64,000 bases of DNA from Antedon mediterranea (Eukaryota; Animalia; Echinodermata), in NCBI RefSeq assembly GCF_964355755.1, contig NC_092675.1, positions 6,133,812 to 6,197,811 of the forward strand, in the 5' to 3' direction. The notes beneath the pieces are model-generated. The model saw nothing but the letters and a program-made list of their open reading frames with translations, did no database searches and had not been told where the DNA came from. Shown here in pieces: positions 27,515 through 42,500 of the stretch. The first letter of the stretch is position 1. The number at the start of each line of letters is the position of its first letter. The position numbers and the translations under genes are program-made.

Positions 27515-30500
27515 CTAATGGCTTCGATCTAAAGCTGCAATAAACTTTGGTTCGATTATCTTGGGAAGTAATTTATGCCTGAAAAAAATAACATTAATGA
27601 TGATCATTAAATTCCTTTAAGACTAAGAGACTTGTTCATGGTTGATTTCACATGAGATCTCTGTATGCGACATTATGATAATGATGATTTATATAGCGCA
27701 ATATCCGCAATAGCGCAATAGCGCTCATTGCGCTGTAGACTTAGATGCTAACCTTTTCAAACATTATTCTCCTTTAAGGGTCATGTCGTGGGACCGGCTG
27801 CCGACTACGGCACTATTACGTCTGCCCACAACAGTGGCTGTGTCAGCTAGGACAAAGTGTAACCCCCTACTCGTTTCGAAAGTTGTACTAGGTACTTTCA
27901 AATGCACACTAGCATTATTGTGTACACTGGACCTATGGTTTATAGTCCTTATCCGAGAAGACCCACCAGAACCATGGAGCGAGTGAGCCCTGAACCCTTG
28001 CCATGAGGCAATAGATTACCACTGTCTTAACCATTCGGCCACTCACTCATATGTTGCAGCACTGTTTCAATTTTGTGAAAGGACAAGATATAAATATGCA
28101 GTGGCTGTTCTCAACATTCAAACAAGCTATTGGAAACAATTTCCATTTAAATTTGAAAATACCAATTAAAGGAAATCTTTAAATATGTATTGACACCAAC
28201 AAGCTACAGCACTGTTATATTAAATACAGAAAAATTACAAAAACATTAACCTACCTTATGGGAAGCAGAATCAGAATAAGAATGGGAAAAACCATTTTAA
28301 GATAGGGGTATGGTGCAAAGCCAAATGAACATAGTATAATTAATTGAATAAGCTGGAAAAATGTAAAGGTATGCATCTTGCGTTGTGGTACCCGTCTCAC
28401 ATAATGGTTTGGAGGATACGCAGCCTGAAAAGAAAATATAGTTTTTATAAAATACAAAGTTTTTATTTAACTTTTTTTTTCAACTTACACAACAAAATTG
28501 TTATACTTATATATATTTTCAAATTCTTAATATTGTTATAATTATTTGATTATTTATATATATGATTATAATAAACTTACTTGTTCAGTAATCAAAAGCT
28601 TCATACGTTCAAACAATTGATTGCCGTCGAGGGCAGTGTATGCTACGTATAGAAATAGGCCATAGAGGACAGGCTTCGGAATGTACTGCAGCGGGTCGGG
28701 AATCATAAACAGTGATAAGCCAATCAGAATATGAGAAAACAAACTGGTGACGCGAGTTTCTCGCACACGTACAATACTGAAAAAAGAACAATATTTATTT
28801 ATTAATAGGTGTATATATGTATTGAATGTTTCTGGTTTGTCTGTTAAACATGGTGTTCCATCTTTTCAAGAAGTATGTTAAGTAGTAGTAATGTTCTCAT
28901 TTTGAAATGTAGATATAGTATAGATGGAGAAGTGTTTTGTATCCATCAAATCTGCATCTATAGTTTATTTCTATAGAGATAGAAATATACAGTACAATTG
29001 TTACAATTTGTTTTTGTTAATTGTATGGATATGAACTACAACACCAATTTTTAGAAGTAACAGATATTTCAACATACTTGGTTATCTCATACAAAGAATA
29101 TTCAGAGGCAGATCCAGGATTTTCTTTAAATGGGGGCCGTCAAAAACGGCAGAGAGTTACTGTTTGACATTAGCGTTGCCCTGGATCCAATCCTAATATT
29201 ACTTACATGTTATAGACATGTCCTTGGTCAACTCTTTCTTCTACATCAGCAAGTGCCTTGACATGAAGAGGTGAGTGAGGTAAAGCAGCATGCACCCACG
29301 GTAAACCAACTATCGATAAAAGTGCATTCAGCATAGCAACTACAAATAAATCTAAATGATACGCTGAACCTTTCTTAAGCCTACAATAGAAAAAAAATGT
29401 TTTTAGTTATTTATTATTATATCATAATAGGGGATAATAGTATAATTTTTTATTATTTTGTTTTTGCTTTACAATCATAATAATACAGTATCATACTTAT
29501 AGTTGATCATATGGTTACAATTGATCACAATACAATTCATATGTTACTACTTGAATGAAACAATTGAAGAATTGAACATAAATGAAATCTCTTTTTTTAA
29601 TGTTTTTTAATCTGTTATTACTCTAAAAACAGGACCATATGTAAAACCGGTATCTATATACAATAATTAACATTAACACATAATAATTGGTTAAAATACA
29701 CAATAATGTATTAATAAATTACATGATTTACAAAAAAGTCACTTAAAATGTATTGACAGTTTAAGGTTCCATAGAGTAAAGTAGAAAAAAGGGCTTAATT
29801 ATTGAAACACAACAATGTACACTTTATATTAGTTGAATAGTGGTTATTACACCTCTTTTAAATAATGATGTGACTTTTGTAATGATGTATCTAAGAACAA
29901 TTCATTACCCATGTAGAGGAATAGTCTTATTGTTCCTATAATAAAAAAGATTTAAACACACTAATAATTTAATATCACGATCATCACAGGATATCTTTTA
30001 TCACGGCCAACCAAAGTGATTCCGGGGAAACCACAATTTCCTACTTTTGAACAGACAATAGACTTTAACACCGTCATCACAACAATTTTAGGATTTTTCG
30101 TCAATTTTTTATTAATTTGGAAAGGTTTTTCTTGTAATTTGTTGATAGTAAATATCTTTATATTTTCATGAAGATGAATAAAGGTTCTTGGACTGTATCT
30201 TGTATTCATTTACATCTTGATATGCACACACAGCTATTGCTCTGGTATAATCCCACCACCCTAGCTAGAACACAAAATTAGGCTGACTTTGTGAGGGTGG
30301 GACTAAACCTGGGGGAAAACTGGTTCAGGAAAAAAATTATTGATAAGCACCTGAACTGGTTAGAGATAGGCCTACATCCAAACCTAAAATCAATACTGGG
30401 ATTATACCAAGGAAGTGCCTGTTTGTAAAATCAGACATAAAGTAGGGGGGTGGGATTAGACCCCAAGTGGGATTATACCTGAGGATATATGGTATATACT

Positions 30501-33500
30501 GTTCTATGTCACTTAATCATCTTATGAAAACTATACTCACTTATTTGCTGGGTTATTAACCATGGCACTTGATATATTTTGATCCATAAAGAAGAGTAGC
30601 GACAGGCAGAATCCTAGACCCATGGCCCCAAACCATGCACCCACTGGTAGGGTCTCCAAGGGAGCTATCACAAAGATGTTACTGTCATGGTATGGCAATG
30701 ATTCCACTGTAACAAATTTTAATATCAAATAGTTCATTACAAAACATAAAATAATATATTTAAATAGTATATAAACATTGATGATGTATTAAGTATCAAT
30801 GACTATTTTATAGATATAGACATCTTGATATGTGGTCAAGAACCACTCCATTAAATTTTGGAGGCGATCCGGACCAGGGTCCCAATTCTGGACCAATTTT
30901 TAGTATTATTTTCTGACCTGCTAGTGTTAAAAGATAGGAAAACAATTTTAAAAGCTAGGGAGCAGTCTTAAAGTGGGCTAGCACTAATCATTGTAAGATG
31001 TTTCTTGAAAATTCAAATTTGGTTGCGATTACTGATGAAAATATTTTATCTTCTTTGTTCCAATTTGTGTATATTATTGTGTACATCCTTACCTTTGATA
31101 TCCCTGAAGACATATGACCCAATGAAGGACATGAACAAAACAGAGACAGGCAAGGCGTAGTCAGTTAAAAGTTCTCTCTTGCTGGCGTCTAATAAAGGAC
31201 TATCAAAAAATAAATTACATTAAATACATAAATACATTATTATTGAATTTTAGGTTGTTTTTGTGGAAGTTGCTATTCGTAATCTTCTGGTAAAATGTTT
31301 TCTCTTTTTATTTTGTATAATTTGTATATGGATGTACTATCTGAAATAAAAGAAATGAATGAATACGGTAATTAAAAGTCTGTATAATTGTTATCAGTAA
31401 TTACCTTTTGGTTGTATTGTACAAAAGTACACCGACCCATAATGTACCAAACATGAGTATAACATACAACAAGCTCACTTCCCTACTGCAGTACACATAA
31501 TCTTCTACGTGAGAGTGAATGTATTCTTGTGTGTCGTTGAGCACAATACAGTTGTCTGTGTTATAGTATAGATCAAAATCTGTAAATAAAAAACAATGGC
31601 GATTGTCAAACATAAATTAAAAATAAACAAATGTTGTAAAATATTATGTTACTTATTATATACCAACAGCTAACTGAGCTTAAAGCGTGGTTCCCACTAG
31701 CAACGCAAAGCAACCCACGCAACGTAACAAAATGCCTTTCCAATAATACGCGCTGTACTTTTGAGTACACCGCATTTTTTACGGTGTTCCTTTGCTTTGC
31801 GTTGCGATGTTTGCAGCTCTGTTACGTCGTCGGTTCCCACTTGTGATTAAGCAATACAACACTTTGCATCGATACGTCGCTGTGTTTACTTGATTGCGTT
31901 GTAGTGGGAACCACGCTTTAGTGGTCAAGGCACTCAGGTTGCTCTTTCAGTTGATCTACAGTAGAGTAAAACGTTCACTGTAGCACCCTTATTTATGAAT
32001 ACCATACATCAGTGAATAGTCCCACCCAGGGTGCCTGGGTATGAAATTAGGGGATGGGACTATACTCGGATTGCATTAAAAATAAATTTACCAAAGTTTT
32101 ATGTTCAGTTTTAGTCTAAATTAGGGGGTGGGATTATACTCAAAGCATGGGATTATTCTTAGGTCATAAAGGTTTACTACTAATGTAAAAACCAATGATT
32201 TACACAGACGAGCATTAACGGTAATAAAAATATAGAATCCATGTTTATCCGTATGACATTTATACACAACGCGGAGTGGATAGATACAGATTGTACATGG
32301 TATTCCGCTTACTGTTATCGGCTCTTAAATTGGCTCATATACAAAATAATCAAGCAAAAATCTAAATTTATCTAAAGATATAAAACATATTTTTTTTATT
32401 TGTACACAACGCGAAGTGGATAGATACAGATTGTACGTGGTATTCTAAATATTTACTGTACAAGACTACTCTAGTAATACTATTAGCTTTTCATCATTAC
32501 AAATATAAATTATTGAAAAGAACTGAGCAAGATAATAACTGAACAATAAAGCATAATTGAAAGCATTATTTTATGTTTCAATTTCATAATAGTAATTACT
32601 TTTATTGCCTCCTGCTAGTTAATTTGCATTTTTCTCATTACGTGTCGAGGAAAAACAGAGAATAACAAATACAATACACTAGTAAAGTATTTTTTTTTTA
32701 GTTTTTCGTTTCGTTTATTAAACAATTCTCTACACATACAAAAAAATACAAGATGTTACATAGTAAAAAGCATGTCTACAAGGAAGCCTAGATAAGTTTT
32801 TTGTTACAAACAAATAAACTTTAAGCCTAGACTCCCTGCAGTAACAATATTAAAGTAGGTTTGGTGTACACAAGATTCAAGATTCAATTTATTGTCACAT
32901 AAAAATTACATAAAATTTGCCTTGCAATACAATATAAAATTTGAAAAAACACCTTAAAAAAATCATCTTGAAAAATGTACATTATAAAGCTGATAGACAT
33001 ATATAGTAGTAAAAACAAGTCCCAAAAGTGGTTTGTTTAACTTTACATTGTCAATTTCTACCGATTCTATCTATACACTTTGTGATCCAAAAAGGTAATA
33101 AAATAAAGTTGAAAATGTCTCAACATTTCGATTGTGAGTAAAGTTATGGCGATTATAATATATAGGCCTACATATTTATACAACACAAAAAACTTTCTTA
33201 TAAAATGTGAACTCTCTGCAAAACCAGAAATTTGTTTTAAGGTCCCAAACACATTATTACTTTTTAAATTGTAGACCGTCGGAATGAAATATACTATATA
33301 GTAGAGTACTCACTGTGTGCCAAGTCTTTGAAAGCATCTACACTAAAGGCTACTGATATAAACAAAGAAAAAATCTCCTCAGTTGACCTGTTGATGAAAA
33401 GATACAAATATCAATCATTACAGCACAAATTGATTTTTCTTTAAATTTAACTGAGGCGACCAAGCGCGACTAATCTTGTTTATAACATCTTTCACTTTGC

Positions 33501-36500
33501 TTATTTGACAAGAGAAATTTGAAAACTTGCTTCTGATTATTAGAAATTCAATCATGACAAACCAATTACAAGTACTGGAATGTGATACAAATGACAGTTC
33601 CTTGGGCATATTATTATTATTTTTTACATCTTTGAAATTTATATTTCAAAGTAATTATCTTTGAAAACGAGTAAACAGTTTTAATCCATAAGATTCTCTG
33701 TACTGTATCTCCACATGTAACACTAAATGTACTATCATAGGCATATTCTGTAATACAGTGTCATATATGTATCACAAGTGGTACCGTATTATGTTAAGAC
33801 GGTGCTTATGGCCTATGATACAGGGATCACATATGATACATATGGGACGCTGTATTACAGAACCGGCTAGTTTTAATCATGATTTGTTTTTAGACATGGT
33901 AAAATAACAAATTCAACTCTTCTTAAACCGGACTACCAGAAAACTGGGAACTATCCCAGTAGAGTAGTTCAACATTTGCTGTTGGTAGTATATTCCAAAT
34001 GTGTTTTGAAGACTTTTAGAAAATAATCATTTGGGCCAGCCCAAAGATGTCCGATTTCAGAAGAGTTGAGTGTACACAAGTGAATTACAAAAAAAAGAAA
34101 ACAAAAGATTGTTGTGTTAGGCTACTTGCAGCTCTTCACATATCATCACCTTGTAGACCATTTAATGAGTAGGCTAGCATCAACAACAGAATAGATGAAC
34201 AAGAAGAAGGCATTCCATAGGCCTACACATGCATACATAGCAAAGAAGTTCAACTCAAGATCCTCACAAATATTGTAGATAACTATAGTAATGAAATCAA
34301 GAAATATAAACATGAGGCATGCATGTGAACCTCATACATCCGATTGATTGCCAATTTTAAATGAAAACTTGAAGCACAATTCAACTACAGTAAAACCCAT
34401 ATTAAGCATTAAGGGGAAAATTTTGAGACCCAAAAAATGTTTCCCCTGAAGAGGGGTGTCCCATCAATAGAGGTTGGCCATATTAGTAAAACATACATTT
34501 ATCCTTGTTTATTTTACAGGAAAATTTCCCCAATTTTGAGACACAACGAAGTTTCCCCTAAAGAGGGGTGTCCCATCAATAGAGGTTGGCCATATTAGTA
34601 ACATACATTTATCCTTGTTTATTTTACAGGAAAATTTCCCCAATTTTGAGACACAACAAAGTTTCCCCTAAAGAGGGGTGTCCCATCAATAGAGGTTGGC
34701 CATATTGGTAACATACATCTATCCTTGTTTATTTTCACAGGAAAATTTCCCAAATTTTGAGACCCAACAAAGCTTCCCCTAGAGAGGGGTGTCCAATCAA
34801 TAGAGGTCTGGCCATATTGGTAAAACCTATATTTATCCTTGTTTATTTTACAGGAAAATGTCCTCTTTAGGGGTGTTCCGAAGGAGGGATGCTACTGTAA
34901 ACAATTAGTTACTAATCATTGATGCTTAGTTATGCTTAGCTAAAGTAGTTATTATTAGTTGTTTGAACTTTTGGTTAATGTTCGTTACCTAAGGGGACAT
35001 GATGCACGAAGAGAAATACTGATGTATTACGGGTCATACTGTTTACACAGGCTAAGAGAAATATATGTTTTAACACTACAGCAAACCACTATTCACACTA
35101 GTTGGATACTGAAAGTGTCCCCTATATAGGAGTTCTACTGTATAGTTAATAAACCTCTGTCTACACTAGTGCTAAATTTGGTTATGACTGGCTGACTGGC
35201 ATCATCTCAATTTTTCACATAAAGTTTGATAGTTTAGACAGAGCTTTAAAAGTAATACAGCAGTGTTTTTTTACGTTTGTTACCTAAAGGGAAATGACGC
35301 ATGAAGACAAAAAAGAATACTGATGTATTACTATTAGGCTATTGTTACAAATGTTAGGATTGTGTAATTTATCAAAACAGTAATCATAAGAGTATTATTA
35401 GATCTTTTTATTTATACAAATAATGAATGTTTTTAATTTCTTTGACACAAGAAGTACAGAGTAATTAGTTTCGGAGCTCCACAGATAATCAACGGCCATT
35501 AAATACACATAAAATATTTGAAATCAATTGAGGTGGTTAATTTAATGTCATGTGACCAGATATCATCCAATTAAATCACAAGAATTTTAACTTGTGTTCT
35601 ATATACTGTAAAGAAATGTTTACTGTATTAAAATTTAACTTTCAAAGCCATTACTTACTAGAAAGGTCACAATCAGATATTATTAGAAATAATTGTTGTT
35701 ATGTAATTTCTGTAAACATCCATCATTTTCTTTGATTGGAACCTGGGATTATATACAGTAATTGGACTAAGCCATATATCTTGGCCAAATAAGCTTACAT
35801 GCCATGAGCATTTAATACCTATCAAATTAACATTAATATTTATGTAATTTTGCTCGTATTACGTCTAATCATTAAATTCATTAATGTTTACAAGCAGATT
35901 ATTATGCGTCATTGAAAAACATACGAATGGACTAACCTTTAATGTACAAGGTAAGAGGAGCTGTAGTTAACAACACAATCAATGGTTGTCCACCTAATAA
36001 TGCAAACACTATCCCTCCAAACATCTGAGCAAAAATCACCTTTTGTACATCTATTTGTAAAAGAAAATCATAGAGGTATATTTATGAAAAGTTATGATAG
36101 GTTTTAGAAAATAAATGTTGTTTTGGGAATAAAGTAATCAGAGACACAAGCCATCTCTAAGCAAAAATCACCTTTTGTACATCTATTTGTAAAAGAAAAT
36201 CATAGAGGTATATTTATGAAAAGTTAGGTTTTAGAAAATAAATGTTGTTTTGGAAGTTATTATCATGGTTTTTTATTGAAAAAATACCCTATAACCACCA
36301 TGAATTTTAAACTGAGTGAATATTTTATAGCACATCTTATTTGGCCCAAACAAAATAAAATCAATCCAATCCACACCTTAACAGCAAATTGACACCTCAA
36401 CAGCAAACCCACACCACCCCCACCCCCCTCTCCCCAAAAAATCAGCCCTGTTTTTAATTGATGTTGTGCATCAGCAACATAACAATGTTTATATTTAGGC

Positions 36501-39500
36501 CTATAATATAAGTAATATGAAATACCAACCTATTGCACCCTTTGTATTTTTGTCATTTAGAACACCAAAAGCAATTGATGGTAAAATACACGCAAAATAG
36601 AGAAATATAGTTGCAGCCATCATCTTCTGTACTGTCTTATGCCCTACAAAGCCATCCTTGAAATCTGACCAATAGTATGGCAGACGTCGTTGAATGTCAC
36701 TTCGTAAGCCACGTCCAAAATACCAATTTGGAAACTAAAAAAATTCCAGAGATACAGTATTGTAAATTTGTATATTATTAAGTTAGATCCCACCCACTTT
36801 ATATTTATGATAAATTTAGACACAAATTAATGTACTCTCAAGTATAATTCCACTCCCCAATTTTTATTTTTATTTTTTATTTTATTCAATCGAAACCAAA
36901 AGCGATAATTACCGCACTAACAGGTTTGATACAGCACCTTGATTGGTCAGCAATACTGATTTCAAAAGCCTAATGGGACCCAGCTCCATATACAGCACCC
37001 GATATTCCCAGATGGTCTCCCATCCAAGCTCTAACCAGGCCCAACATTGCTTAACTTCGGTGATCTGACGAGAACCGGTGTTTCAACGTGGTAAAGCCAT
37101 ATAAATGCCAAATTGTTATACCTACAGTAGGCCTCCTACCTACAGTAGTATTTTATCATGTTATGATTATCATCTAACTTAAAAAGATACAAACAAGAAT
37201 ATTTAATTAAATAGTATAAATTGAATAGTTTATAAAAATAGAAATGCTGCCGTCTTAATATTAGCTATCAGTATCATTCATTAATTATTAACATGAAAAA
37301 TTATACATTTTTGATAGAACATTAAAATATTTCATGTGAAAAAAGCACGCATAGTTAACCCAGCACAAACACGCTTCTGTAATTTGATAGGCAAATTGTG
37401 TAAATTACTTTCTATGTTGAACCTAGTGTTTTTCAATATCATATGACCCAGTTAAATTTGACCTTTTCCATTTCAATTTTTGTATCATTTCTGCCTAATT
37501 ATCTATACAACTTTGTAGAAATTAGTTTTTTTCACAAAAGTGTGTTCAATTATTTGAAAACTGTATCCATTAACGCAAACATTTTGTCCATTTTAATCTA
37601 AGATATAGATGAAAAAAATTGATTGTAAAATAATATTTTATACTATTATATGATACAAATATTTAAAGTGATCAAGTCAACATCTTCTTGTCGCTTGTGT
37701 GGCTGATAACTTAATGTGTACAACAAAATTGCAGTACTCGCATATAACGTCATTGCACTCTGGATGACCTCAGAGTGCGATAGAACTTAAATTATGTAAT
37801 ATTATACAAATAATGAATGTTTTATATTCGTGTAATGGTACAAATAATGGCATGAGGTGAATGATGAAAGGTTATATCAATCAAGCGTAATCCTAACAGG
37901 CCTAGCTTAGTAGTTACTAGTAGTAGTACTGTATACTAGCTTGGCTGAAAGGCAAAACTTCGACAGAAAATTGGAACTTATCTAGGCTAATTATGGTTTT
38001 TCCAACGATTCCACGTCTTGTAGGGATGTCCCCAATAATTAATCAAAATCCTAAAAACGATCTAAAGCTAATTTAAATGCCTTTTTAAATGAAATTAGTA
38101 CATATATATCTCCAAATCGTACACAAAAATCTGTTGCTGTTGCATATCTCGCAGTGGTGTTTACAACAAACAGAGGCAGGACGACAGGTGGCGCTGTTGT
38201 ATTTCACAGTAATTTTTGTATAGGGGATTTTTTTTCATCCGCCAAAACGTTTTTTTTTTCGTACACAAAAACGTTTAAAAAAGTACTATTAAACGATCGT
38301 TTAATAGTGCGTACTATTGCACGCCATGCGACCCACAATCGTCCAATCAAATGACAGGAATTTATTTAGGTGTTGTATAACATGTGATATCATCTTCCAA
38401 TCTAATGACAAGAAATTAAATAATAGTGTCAGGTAACCAACCTTCTATGTCGGGAAATTTATTTTTGTTTTTTTATATTTAAATACTCACATTATCTGGT
38501 TCATCAAAAGAGGTTGTTGACCTAAGTCTTGCACGTGACGGTATTCTGTGGATGTAGCGCAGGTCTTTTCTTATAGCTAAAAGCACTTGATAGAACTCCT
38601 CCTCTGAAAATAGAAACAATAAATAAAATGTAGTATTAAACTGTATGCAGCAGTATCAATGTAGCATCAATATAGGATTTAGGCACTATGCACTAAAAGG
38701 ACAACTTGACCTCGTTAGGGAGGACTATATTTTTCAACGTATTAGGGATGTACATATGATTTCAGAACAATCGTTAGATTAAGGATATCGCCGCACGCGT
38801 TCGCTGTACACCCGTTGCATCGCAAAATCTACTTAATGAGTCCAGATAAGCAAAAGAAACAATAAAAAAATCAACATTTATATTTTTTACGATTTTTTTA
38901 CAAAGTGTGTTGACTAGATAGAAATTGTTCACGATTTGTCAGACTTTCCAAGAAAACTCATGTAAATTTTGCGATGCACCTGTGACATCACAGCAATTTA
39001 TGGCGACGGCTGTACGGCAAGCGCGTGCGGCAATATCCTTAATCTCGCGATGGAACTGATATGTACATCCCTATACGTTGTTAAAATATGGTCCTCAGTC
39101 AAGTTGTCCGTTAATAAACTTTACAAACAAATAAGTGTTTTGCATGCCCTTGATGCATATAGCAAGTCTCGAACTTGTACTTTCCAACAGTCCAGCCCAT
39201 ACTTTACCATTGTGCCATAATTACAGTACATCATACACTGCTAAGTGTTTGAATACAAATTATGTTATGATATAGTCAGGTTAAATAGACCTGGCTTTAT
39301 ATTTTGGATAATTTACGAGACCTAGACAAGCTAATGAAACTGTTACCAATTACGGTTTTTGGTTCGTTAGACTATGATAACTCAACTCTGTTACTTTCAT
39401 TTAAATTTTGTTTTTAGCTAGATGCGGCTTTAATCATAGCAATGAAATTAATTACAGGTATGTACCGTACTGTACAGAATATATATATATATATATATTA

Positions 39501-42500
39501 TATACTACTATATAATATCATAATGCACTCTTTGCAGAATTGTCAAAATAAATTCTAAAATTCACTTTAATAACTTGTAACTGCATAATTGCATAATTTT
39601 TCCAGAAACAAATTACCAGTATTAACTGACATAACGGATTGAAAACCATCCTGACCTTTAAATTAAGAATTTGACGTATCTCAATATCTAAAGATTTGTC
39701 TACACTATCAAACTTTATGTGACAAAAAAAATGTGATGTGCCTATATTTGGACATATCACTACCATATTTGGACATACTGTATCACTACCATATTTGGGC
39801 ATATCACTATCATAGTTGGGCATATCACTACCATATTTGGGCACATAACACTTCATTTGTCAAAACTAGTTTAGCGTAGACAAAGCAAAGCTTAAGAATT
39901 GTTATGTTGCATAAAATAAGTTGGTTCAGCAATACAATACTGTACATTGAATCACTTCAAATTTGTAATGTCATCTATTAAATGATATTTTTTTCCAATT
40001 GATTCATACTTCTGGGGATTTATTGCCTCTTTCATTTTTTATATAATCTAATCACCTTTTTATACATGATCATTTATTATAAATCTCAAAAAGAAAATCT
40101 CAGAATTTATAATGTATTAATTTTAATTTGAAAATGAAAGAAATAAATGTTTATTTGAATTTAAATGTTTATTTGAATCAGACTTTCTCTGAAGATATAT
40201 TGTATTAATACAACAAAATTAGTGATGTAGATTGTAAGTTTTTAAACAGTTAATTTTGGTGTCAAAGGTCATGATGTATTTGCATACACATTAAGAAGAT
40301 AAAAAAGATGCTATATCAACAGATAAGTTTAATTATGTAGGCCTACTTGTATAAACACATGATTCACAGCGCTTGTTTTATCATTATACTTTAAATATTT
40401 TAATGTCATTTTTATATGTTGTAATGTGAACTTGTATTTTTAATTATTTATTGTTATTTTAATATTGTAAATTCAACAATGTTTACTTTGTTGCAATAAA
40501 GAAATTGAATTTGAAATTGCATACATTAGAAATAGAATAATTTTACATGGAATACTTGTTAGTTTGCTTATTTTGTGTTTTGGGAGACGACATATCTGTG
40601 TATTACAGTATTACAATAAAATTTGTATGTAAATTATTAATAAATTTTTACATTGATCAACTTCAATTGAATTTATACGCATCCAACAACGAGAAATTCA
40701 CGAATCACGGGATGGATAAACTATTTCATAATTTAGCGTGCTTACAGTATAAACTAAGTCTCATTTGAGGCTTTGGGAGTGGAGTTGAAAGAATTGTAAG
40801 TTACAACCCTGGCACTAGGTCAGAATTGAACCCCGGACCTTGGGATTGGAAGGCAAGCATGTTAACCACCAAGCTCCAGCTCCACTACGATACATCTGCA
40901 ATAGTTTTGCAATACCACAACTATTGCAACATTATATTAACATTTGATTAATTTTTACATTGACTAACTCTAAATTCAGCATTGTGCCTTTATCTGTTAA
41001 AGTTAACATCTGTGTTGTAGAAGACGTTTCAACTCAAATAACAGAATTTGACTTATTGCTAAAGAATTGCTATGTATCCAGTATAAATTTGATCAATTGG
41101 CCGAGATTCAAATTGAGTAAACGTTGCCTGCAGGTAATTGCTTGAACGAATCAATTCATCTTGATTAACAGCTATCAGTTGTATTTTAATATCATTTAAA
41201 TACATCTATCGGGATATCTTAACCAATTTATAGTATCTATTTTTACAACATTTTTTGTTAATTAAATCAAATGTATTTATACACTGCATAGTCTAGGTCT
41301 GTCCATAGAGATCTCTATGGTTGATCAGAGTACATTAAATGGATCAACTACGAGCAAAAATAGAATTTACTGGGATTTATAAATGTATGCTGGAACGAAT
41401 CGCAAATCAACCCAAAAAAAAAAACTGTCTAAAGGTAACTGATTTGGAGAACTGTCTGGAACATTAAATGAGGCCTTTTAAAATGGTTATGTTGTCCAAC
41501 AGACCCAAAATTCAAGCAAATCTAGGGTTGCCCTTTTTTGTACAGTAATTGAGAAGTAATTTTTATATTTTGGCCCAATCTATAACTTTGTCAGTTTGGG
41601 AAACATAATTTATTTTGAAGAATCATTACAGTTATACTTTTCAGATTGTTGGTCGATAATAATAATTTTTATTTGTAGTGGAGCTGTACCTTGGTGGTTA
41701 ACATGCTTGCCTTCCAATCCCAAGGTCCGGGGTTCAATCCTGACCTAGTGCCAGGGTTGTAACTCCCGACTCTTTCAACTCCACTCCCTAAGCCTCAAAT
41801 GAGTTTTAGTTTATAAGCACGATAAATTGTTTATATATCCTGTAAGTGTAATTGGCAAGTTTGTAATGCATATGAAATAAATAAATAAAATATTTATGGA
41901 AACCTTTAGGAAAAGAAATTAAAGAAAATATTCTATAGTTGAATGAAACCCTCTCTTAAAATTGTCAAACTCTTCTTCAGTTACAAGGCCCCTTATTTCT
42001 ACAATGATCTTCCTCTATCTATCCACAATTTATTATCTTTTTCCTCATTCAAAACTAGACTTATGACTTTTCTCAAACTATGAAATCCTTTTCCAGACTT
42101 TAAATTGTAAAATATTAGATCTAAATATTTATATTTTGCTTAATTTAACATTTTAGTTATTTTCTATATGGCAAATTTTCTTATTCAGATTTTTAATTCT
42201 CATGTAATTTTTTTATTTATTGGCTTTTGTTTTTCTTTAACTTTTCTGTTTTTGTTGTATTTTGTGTACTGTATCTGTTCTGAGGGTCCTAAATGATCAG
42301 CAATTGCTGGATGGATCACCCTCATTAAATATGGTTCAAATGAAATAAATAAATAAAAGGCAGATGTAGCAGCAATAAGGCAGATGTAGAAGTATGTTTG
42401 AATAGATTGACGATTACGTTACCTTCTTAACCTGGAGGAAATACTCATGACCTTTCTTTCAATAAAATGTTGATGTTTTCATTTACTATACATTATGTTA

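Noticed and set aside
36988-37103. Functional 5S rRNA gene
   Set aside because: The 5' end is degenerate, there is no T-run terminator, and it continues into a body shared with another dispersed copy, so it is treated as a SINE head.
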